NCBI GenBank assembly: GCA_039931675.1
Contig: JBDTRM010000023.1
Coordinates: forward strand, 16,006-80,005
From: Bacteroidia bacterium
Lineage (GTDB): Bacteria > Bacteroidota > Bacteroidia > AKYH767-A > OLB10
Direction of reading: 5' to 3'
Length of the DNA stretch: 64,000 nt
Shown: one piece after another, positions 57,974 to 64,000 of the stretch
Layout of the letters: the number at the start of each line of letters is the position of its first letter
Numbering within the stretch: position 1 is the stretch's first letter
Made by a program: the position numbers and the translations under genes
The notes under the pieces: generated by a model
The model's database searches: none
Told to the model about the DNA's origin: nothing
The model's input: the letters and a program-made list of their open reading frames with translations, nothing else

Positions 57974-58132
57974 ATGTCTGAAAAAAAAGCAATCATACTT
58001 CGCATTAATCCTGAAACAAGCAAACTGCTTGAGAAGTGGGCTGCCGATGATTTCAGAAGTCTTAATGCGCAGATAGAATTTTTATTGCAGCAGGCATTAC
58101 TTGATTCGGGTAGAATGAAAAAGAAAAGTTAA
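57974..58132 (+). CDS. Arc/MetJ-type ribbon-helix-helix DNA-binding protein
   Basis: 'KKAIILRINPETSKLLEKWAADDFRSLNAQIEFLLQQAL' is a beta-strand plus two-helix RHH pattern. 52 aa from M at 57974. Confidence 0.45.
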   Translation: MSEKKAIILRINPETSKLLEKWAADDFRSLNAQIEFLLQQALLDSGRMKKKS

Positions 58133-58227
58133 TACTACCCTTTTTTAAAGCAAAGAGATTAAAGCCAATAAAGGTTGTATTTAACGAAGAAATTATTGGA
58201 GCTTGATAAAGTTAAAACTGATATTTT

Positions 58228-59082
58228 TTATTGAATCACTACAAAATCAACTCTCCTGTTCTTTGCTCTGCCTTCAGCAGTTTTATTATCAGCGATCGGG
58301 TTGGTATCACCCAATCCGTCTGAAATAATCCTATCAGCGCTAACGCCCTTTTTAACCAAATAATTTTTTGTTGCTTCAGCCCTGTTTTTTGAAAGTTTAA
58401 GATTGCTTTCAGGTTTACCAACATTATCAGTATATCCGGTCAGACTAATTTTATACCCGGGTTTTTCAACAAGCATTTCAGCCACCAGGTTCAGGTAGGG
58501 AAATGAACTTGATTTAATCACGGCCTTGCCATTTTCAAACTGCAATGCTTCATAAGCCTTTTTAATAATTTCTTTTTCTTTTTCAGAAACCTCAACAGGC
58601 TTATTAATGATATCATTCGGGTTGGGTGCTGTTACATTTTCCTTTACCGGGGGCTTTAAATATTCAATAAAAAAAGCATTAACATTGGCATAATCATCCG
58701 TTAAAAAAGTAAAAGACATGCCTTTAATGATTGTAAAAACATTTCCAAGACTATTATCACCCTGGCCTGTTTTGGGATGAAGACTTCTCTTGGCAGGTTC
58801 ATAAGTTCCGTCAACTTTTTTTATCAAAGCCATGGGTATTATTTTTCCATCTTTTACCGTTAGCTTTCCTTCCGCACAGGTACAACTGGTATCGGTTCGT
58901 AATGAAAATACAACGTTATGCTCACCGTCCGGCACAGGCAAAGCTCCACGGGTTATAAATGCTTCGTAATATTCATCAAAGCAGTTTTTTGCAACATTAG
59001 TATCGCGCTGATAGGTAGCGGTCTGTCCAAATGCAGCGTTAAAAAAAGAAATAAAGATGGTTGCTAATAAAATACGTTTCAT
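58228..59082 (-). CDS. OmpA-family peptidoglycan-binding protein
   Basis: C-terminal 'LTGYTDNVGKPESNLKLSKNRAEATKNYLVKKGVSADRI...GRAKNRRVDFVV' OmpA_C motif. Signal peptide. Confidence 0.75.
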   Translation of the reverse strand: MKRILLATIFISFFNAAFGQTATYQRDTNVAKNCFDEYYEAFITRGALPVPDGEHNVVFSLRTDTSCTCAEGKLTVKDGKIIPMALIKKVDGTYEPAKRSLHPKTGQGDNSLGNVFTIIKGMSFTFLTDDYANVNAFFIEYLKPPVKENVTAPNPNDIINKPVEVSEKEKEIIKKAYEALQFENGKAVIKSSSFPYLNLVAEMLVEKPGYKISLTGYTDNVGKPESNLKLSKNRAEATKNYLVKKGVSADRIISDGLGDTNPIADNKTAEGRAKNRRVDFVVIQ

Positions 59083-59204
59083 AATAATCGGGTTTTTTTG
59101 CGTGGTCGAAAATACAAAAGTTTTAACAGCCCAAACATTTCATTGAAATGTAATTTCAAAAAGAATGACAAATGTTTTTCTACTTTTGAAAAACATAATA
59201 ATCC

Positions 59205-60107
59205 ATGATGAATCTCAAATCCATTTTACGCGAATCTCCACCCATTGACCAGGTTGGGGTTGAAGAACGAATTGCACGTCTGGCCAAACGCAGCATTAAA
59301 ACAGAATCGAAAATGGCCGCTTTGAAGCTTGCAATAAGCATGTGCGACCTTACTACGTTAGAAGCACGCGATACTGAAGGTAAAGTTATTCAGTTATGCA
59401 ACAAAGCCATGCGCCCGCATGAAAGTCTTGATGTGCCAAGCGTTGCTGCTATATGTGTTTATCCCAACATGGTGCGTATTGCAAAAAAATGTTTAGAAGG
59501 AAGCAAGGTAAAAGTAGCTTCGGTGGCGACTGCATTTCCAAGCGGGATGAGTAATTTGAAATTCAAATTAGATGAAACAAAATATGCAGTAAATGAAGGT
59601 GCTGATGAAATTGATATGGTAATTAGTCGCGGACATTTTTTAGCCGGAGAATATAATTATGTGTTTGATGAAATAGCTGCTGTTAAAAATGCGTGTGGCC
59701 TGGCACATCTGAAAGTAATTCTTGAAACGGGAGAACTGAGCACGCTTGACAATGTTCGCAAGGCGAGCGATCTGGCAATGTATGCCGGTGCTGATTTTAT
59801 AAAAACATCAACCGGTAAAGTTCAACCTGCGGCTACACTTCCGGTTACATGCGTAATGCTTGAAGCAATTCGTGATTTTTATTTTCGTGAAAATAAAATG
59901 ATTGGAATGAAACCCGCAGGTGGAATTGCAACATCAAAATTGGCTATTCAATATCTTGTTCTTGTTCGTGAAACTTTAGGAAACGCATGGCTTTCGCCTG
60001 ATTGGTTCCGCTTTGGTGCTAGCAGCTTGGTGAATGATTTACTGATGCAAATAAAAAAACAGGAAACAGGAATTTATCAAAGCGCAGATTATTTTTCGAA
60101 GGATTGA
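59205..60107 (+). CDS. deoC: deoxyribose-phosphate aldolase (long/class II type)
   Basis: 'SMCDLTTLEARDT', 'VASVATAFPSG', 'EIDMVI' and 'FIKTSTGK' (Schiff-base Lys) are DeoC signatures. Confidence 0.85.
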   Translation: MMNLKSILRESPPIDQVGVEERIARLAKRSIKTESKMAALKLAISMCDLTTLEARDTEGKVIQLCNKAMRPHESLDVPSVAAICVYPNMVRIAKKCLEGSKVKVASVATAFPSGMSNLKFKLDETKYAVNEGADEIDMVISRGHFLAGEYNYVFDEIAAVKNACGLAHLKVILETGELSTLDNVRKASDLAMYAGADFIKTSTGKVQPAATLPVTCVMLEAIRDFYFRENKMIGMKPAGGIATSKLAIQYLVLVRETLGNAWLSPDWFRFGASSLVNDLLMQIKKQETGIYQSADYFSKD

Positions 60108-60187
60108 TCACAGATTACAATGATTTCAAAATTGATTACACCGATTTTTTTTGTCTGATAAATCAGAATTGAGGATAAAAAATATTA

Positions 60188-60772
60188 TCACTTCACTTCA
60201 TATCTAACCATTGGTCTGCTCTTGGATGCGTGATTTATAATTTTAAAACCAGCTTTTTTAAATGCTGAATAAATTCCTATCCATGCAAATGAATCAGGCA
60301 TTTTTTTAGAGTAGGGTATTGTGGGATAGGCTTCGAGAAATTTAATTTTGTTTTGTTTAGCGTACTTTTTTGTACTTTCAATTAGAGCAGTTGACAAGCC
60401 GCAATTGCGAAATTCTTTTTTGATGAAAAAGCAAGTCATACTCCACACAGGTTTATCATCAATGCGTTTATGCACCCGCGAATTTTCTATGCGCATAAAA
60501 TTTTCGCGTGGTGCCAATGAACACCAGGCAATTGCTTCGTCCTCATAAAAAGCAAGCAGTCCTGTTGGTTTTCCACTCCATACTATTTCTTTAAAGCTTT
60601 GCTTGTTGCTTTCATATTTGCCTTCCGCAAAATCTGTTTTTTTTATCCTGTCATACATGCACCAGCATCCGCCACATGCGCCCTTCTCACCAAATAAATT
60701 TTCAAATGCGCTCCACGTTTTTTTTGTAAGCGGCTCATAAGTAAGTTGCGTTAGAAATTCTTTTTCTTTCAT
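60188..60772 (-). CDS. GNAT-family N-acetyltransferase
   Basis: 'MTCFFIKKEFRNCGLSTALIESTKKYAKQN' resembles acetyl-CoA binding motif A (R/Q-x-x-G-x-G/A). Confidence 0.5.
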   Translation of the reverse strand: MKEKEFLTQLTYEPLTKKTWSAFENLFGEKGACGGCWCMYDRIKKTDFAEGKYESNKQSFKEIVWSGKPTGLLAFYEDEAIAWCSLAPRENFMRIENSRVHKRIDDKPVWSMTCFFIKKEFRNCGLSTALIESTKKYAKQNKIKFLEAYPTIPYSKKMPDSFAWIGIYSAFKKAGFKIINHASKSRPMVRYEVK

Positions 60773-60814
60773 GATTTTAGCCTAAATTCATTATTAAAAT
60801 TTGTTGAAGCGTTG

Positions 60815-60990
60815 AAAAAAATCCCGAAGGGATGATATGATTATAATAAATTATTAGTCCTAAGAGAAAGAACCCCGAAGGTGGTGATATTTTTCTCCGA
60901 GAATAATGTCATCCCTTCGGGATTTTTGTCTATGGGCTTGTGTTCTTCTATAATAATATCAACCCTTCGGGTTTTAAGTAATCCCGAACA
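60815..60990. repeat. cluster of 'cccgaaggg'-type short hairpins arranged as an inverted repeat
   Basis: 'aaaaatcccgaagggatgatat' at ~60815 and its reverse complement 'atgtcatcccttcgggattttt' at ~60905. Additional units 'accccgaaggtggtgat', 'caacccttcgggtttta', 'aatcccgaacac'. Confidence 0.5.
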
Positions 60991-61000
60991 CAGGTTAATT

Positions 61001-61440
61001 TTAACTTCTTTCAATAACCCTTTTCAATTTATTAAAATGTTCATCCTGTCTTTTTTGGAAAGCTTTTTTCATCATAAAGCCAAATAGCTTCAATGAAATC
61101 ATTTCAAATTTTGTTTCAGTAATGCAAGTCAATTCAGTTTTGTTTTTATCAATTTCTTTAAAAACCGTTTGAATGTTTGATTCCATCATCTTAGGCATAG
61201 AAAGTGTTCCTTCAAGTTTATGATACGGAACTTTTTCTGTTATCGTTTCAAACATGATAATTAATCGCCTCTTTTCTTCATAAGTATGTTTTGCTTTTGT
61301 ACCGGCTTCACCCGGATTCCCGCTAACAATTCAAAACTTTTGAAATTGGTTAGCCACAGTTTCAAATTATCAGGATTATCATAAAAATCCCAAACTTGTT
61401 TTACCGGTTTATTGATGATGATAGTTGTTGTGATATTCAT
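61001..61440 (-). pseudogene. SRPBCC (Aha1/polyketide-cyclase-like) domain gene split by a frameshift
   Basis: N-terminal frame 'MNITTTIIINKPVKQVWDFYDNPDNLKLWLTNFKSFELLAG' stops after 59 codons. The +1 frame continues 'SGNPGEAGTKAKHTYEEKRRLIIMFETITEK...' into track ORF 61001..61255. The join lies near 'gaattgttagcggg'. Confidence 0.5.
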
Positions 61441-61451
61441 TTTGAAAAGGA

Positions 61452-62582
61452 TTATAAAATAAAATCTAAATAGTTTTGTTGGGTGATGACTTCAAATTTG
61501 GCTTTCGGATAGGCTTCTCTAAAGGCTTTTGGAGCTTTTACATTTGTTTTATTCCATTTGAATTCATAAGCGGAGATTTTTGTTCCTGTAACTTCTATCA
61601 AATCAATTTCCTGGTTATCATAAGTCCGCCAAAAATAATATTCTGCATTTTTCTTTTGATAATAATTTCTCTTTATCCGCTCTGCTATCAAGTAATTTTC
61701 CCAAAGTGAACCAACATCATTCCGCACGCTGATTGACCTGAAATCATTTATCAATGCATTCCTGATTCCATTATCAAGAAAATAAATTTTAGAGTTTTTC
61801 ACAATCTCTTTTCTGAGATTTCTGCTGAATCCCCGGAGCTTATAAATTATCTGAACCTTAGCGAGCAAGTCAAGATATTTATCAACGGTATTTTTACTCA
61901 ACTGTAATTTGCTGCCAAGTTCCTCAACCGAAACTTCATTACCACATTGATAAGCGAGCATTTGTAGCAGATCAAGTATCTTGTTTGAACTCCGCAGGTT
62001 TTCATAAGCTAAAATATCTTTAAGCAAATAATTTCTAACTAATTGCTGAATGTATTCTGCTTTTTCATCGTGTGTGACGAGTGAAAAAATTTCGGGATAA
62101 CTGCCCAGCACCATTCTTTCATCAAGATGTTGAACCGTTTCAATGGGTGATTCAATTTCTGATAATTCCATTTGCGCTATAGGATACAATTTGTACTCAT
62201 AACTTCTGCCTGTAAGCGGTTCGCCTGTTTTATTTGACAAATCAAAAGCCGATGAACCTGTTGCAATGATGGTGAGTTGTGGAAACTCATCAATCATCAG
62301 TTTTAATGCTTGCCCGATGTTAGGCGTAGCCTGTGCTTCATCAATAATTAAAAGTTTAACCCCTTTCAAAAACCGGTTGTAAGCCGACTTAGTCCGTTGC
62401 GATAACAACCTTTGCGTATCTAAATCTTCACCATTGAGCAATAAATACTTTTCCTTTTGTTCGGATAATAAATGCCTGATAAGAAAAGTTTTTCCAACTC
62501 TTCTTGTACCATATAGCAATAGCACTTTATTGCTGCCAAGCCTTTGTTCAATAGATGTTTCGAGAAATCTTTGTATTTGCAT
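61452..62582 (-). CDS. AAA-family ATPase with C-terminal DUF4143-like domain
   Basis: 'VLLLYGTRRVGKTFLI' Walker A. 'LLIIDEAQ' Walker B. C-terminal 'EIDLIE' region typical of the ATPase/DUF4143 family common in Bacteroidota. Confidence 0.7.
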   Translation of the reverse strand: MQIQRFLETSIEQRLGSNKVLLLYGTRRVGKTFLIRHLLSEQKEKYLLLNGEDLDTQRLLSQRTKSAYNRFLKGVKLLIIDEAQATPNIGQALKLMIDEFPQLTIIATGSSAFDLSNKTGEPLTGRSYEYKLYPIAQMELSEIESPIETVQHLDERMVLGSYPEIFSLVTHDEKAEYIQQLVRNYLLKDILAYENLRSSNKILDLLQMLAYQCGNEVSVEELGSKLQLSKNTVDKYLDLLAKVQIIYKLRGFSRNLRKEIVKNSKIYFLDNGIRNALINDFRSISVRNDVGSLWENYLIAERIKRNYYQKKNAEYYFWRTYDNQEIDLIEVTGTKISAYEFKWNKTNVKAPKAFREAYPKAKFEVITQQNYLDFIL

Positions 62583-62616
62583 GGTATAAAAAATCAGGTT
62601 GCAAATGTATCAAAAA

Positions 62617-62683
62617 CATTAATTCCGTCACTATAATGACCCAATTTAGCTAAATTCAGTCATTACACTGACGGAATTAACGA
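62617..62683. repeat. 22-bp inverted repeat hairpin
   Basis: 'ttaattccgtcactataatgac' ... 'gtcattacactgacggaattaa', 35 nt upstream of the ATPase start codon. Confidence 0.5.
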
Positions 62684-62806
62684 AATCTGGCATTTCATCC
62701 CAACAAAAAACTCTCACCAATTACGATGAGAGTTTTCTGTTTTGTTGACAACCTATACTTGAAACAGGATAAATTTATACAATTGATAAATCTTAAATTG
62801 TTTTTC

Positions 62807-62914
62807 AAACCTTAGTAGAAAATCATTGATAAATTCAAGACCTTATTACCTTATTTCTCAATAAAAATAAGGTAATAAGGTTGTATTGAGGGTGGTATAT
62901 TTCTACTAAGGTTT
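62807..62914. repeat. double-hairpin palindromic element, copy 2
   Basis: 'aaaccttagtagaaaat...ccttattaccttatttc..ataaggtaataaggtt...tttctactaaggtttt'. Same conserved stems as 20600..20716 with different loops. Confidence 0.7.
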
Positions 62915-62999
62915 TCGCGTTCTCTTACGAATTTTCAGATAAATTAAATGTGCTTATTTATTCCGTTTAATATATTATAACACCCCAAGTACCAAAGCC

Positions 63000-64000
63000 T
63001 CAATTAACCGCAATCTTATTCCGCTCAAATGTTTTATCGTTAATAGATTTGATTGCTTCTTTAAACGTGTTATTGAGGTCATTTGTTATTTGAAAATATG
63101 CGCTTACATTCCATAAATCCTGTGCTATTAAACCTTTCAAGAAAGTTTTGATGAGCGTTTCAGAAGTTTTATAGCCCGCTGTATCATACTTTACTTCCTG
63201 CTTTTCAGCGTAAGCAATAAATTTCTGAATCAGGTCTTCATCCACAACAAAATTCTTTTTGAAAGTTTCAATGTCAGGATATTTTGCAAATAGATCCTTA
63301 CGGTTATTATCCACGTAAGTTAATGACCATTGATTCAGCGCACCTTTTCTGCGCAGGTCTTGCCAGTACTTGCTATTCATTGCAGTATCAAGCGGTACAA
63401 AAACATCAGGCATTATACCACCACCACCATACACAGTGCGTTTTGCATTTGTAAGTACTTTTAATGAATCACTAAACTTTATCGAGTCACGCGAAAATAA
63501 TTCTCCGTTCTTAAAACGGTTGCTTATGTCCTCTTCGTAATCATCTTCACCTTTATCATAAGGTTTCTGAATGCAGCGACCGCTTGGCGTATAATAATGT
63601 GCAATGGTTAATCGCACTGCACTGCCATCAGGCAAAGGATATGGCTTTTGAACAAGTCCTTTACCAAACGAGCGTCTTCCTATTATTAATCCCCTGTCCC
63701 AATCCTGTATAGCGCCCGAAACAATTTCACTTGCCGATGCTGATGTTTCATCAACCAACACTGCAAGTTTTCCTTTTTCCCAGCCACCGGTTGAAGTTGA
63801 ATAGCTATCCTGCCGCGATTGTTGACGACCTTGGGTATATACAACCAACTTTCTATCACTTAAAAATTCATCGGCCAATTCAATAGCACGATTCAAGTAG
63901 CCGCCACCATTACCTTGTAAATCAAGTATGAGTGACTTCATTCCTTTCTCTTTAAGTTCTTTCAATTTTTCTTTAAACTCATCAACAGTTGAATCGGCAA
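63000..64000 (-). CDS. S41-family C-terminal processing peptidase (partial; N-terminus beyond window end)
   Basis: 'GMKSLILDLQGNGGGYLNRAIELADEF' (S41 Ser region) and 'VLVDETSASASEIVSGAIQDWDRGLIIGRRSFGKGLVQ' (catalytic Lys region). The ORF remains open to 64000. Confidence 0.7.
   Translation of the reverse strand, partial: ADSTVDEFKEKLKELKEKGMKSLILDLQGNGGGYLNRAIELADEFLSDRKLVVYTQGRQQSRQDSYSTSTGGWEKGKLAVLVDETSASASEIVSGAIQDWDRGLIIGRRSFGKGLVQKPYPLPDGSAVRLTIAHYYTPSGRCIQKPYDKGEDDYEEDISNRFKNGELFSRDSIKFSDSLKVLTNAKRTVYGGGGIMPDVFVPLDTAMNSKYWQDLRRKGALNQWSLTYVDNNRKDLFAKYPDIETFKKNFVVDEDLIQKFIAYAEKQEVKYDTAGYKTSETLIKTFLKGLIAQDLWNVSAYFQITNDLNNTFKEAIKSINDKTFERNKIAVN

Noticed and set aside
1-64000. tRNA/rRNA genes, transposases, integrases, phage genes
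   Set aside because: No T-loop-like GGTTCGAAT-type motifs were found in intergenic regions. No DDE/IS-like ORFs were found. No recombinase motifs were recognised in any ORF.

Overview
This is an AT-rich (about 38% GC) chromosomal segment with a Bacteroidota gene set, probably Sphingobacteriia or Chitinophagia-like. That inference is read from the sequence: many T9SS type-A C-terminal sorting domains, a TonB-dependent receptor, an S46 dipeptidyl-peptidase, SprB-like repeats and OmpA-family proteins. Housekeeping genes are recX, kbl, trmB, a B12-binding domain plus enoyl-CoA hydratase plus acylphosphatase, ubiX, queG, deoC, thiL and msrB. I recognised no rRNA, tRNA, CRISPR array, transposase or integrase. 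The most notable points are: (1) the Fe-S assembly operon sufA-sufB-sufC-sufD-sufS on the minus strand is broken at three points by same-strand insertions, namely PIN/antitoxin-like modules, a 4.2-kb gene for a 1408-aa T9SS-secreted protein flanked by about 40-bp near-identical direct repeats, and three tandem mini-ORFs (23-37 aa) for single-helix peptides upstream of sufB. (2) A 2.2-kb islet between a BNR-repeat protein gene and trmB carries four copies of a 60-90-bp dispersed repeat, a PIN-type TA pair, orphan small ORFs and a roughly 110-nt four-hairpin candidate RNA. (3) Several unexplained non-coding repeat families occur: a 115-125-bp double-hairpin palindromic element (2 copies), GC-rich REP-like hairpins (2 copies), two tandem about 170-bp long-hairpin elements, and a cluster of 'cccgaaggg' hairpins. 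(4) There is a thiol-disulfide/CxxC gene cluster, a PorZ-like propeller protein beside LPS-type modification genes, a frameshifted SRPBCC gene and an orphan T9SS-CTD remnant. All product calls come from motif-level reading of the translations; no database search was run.
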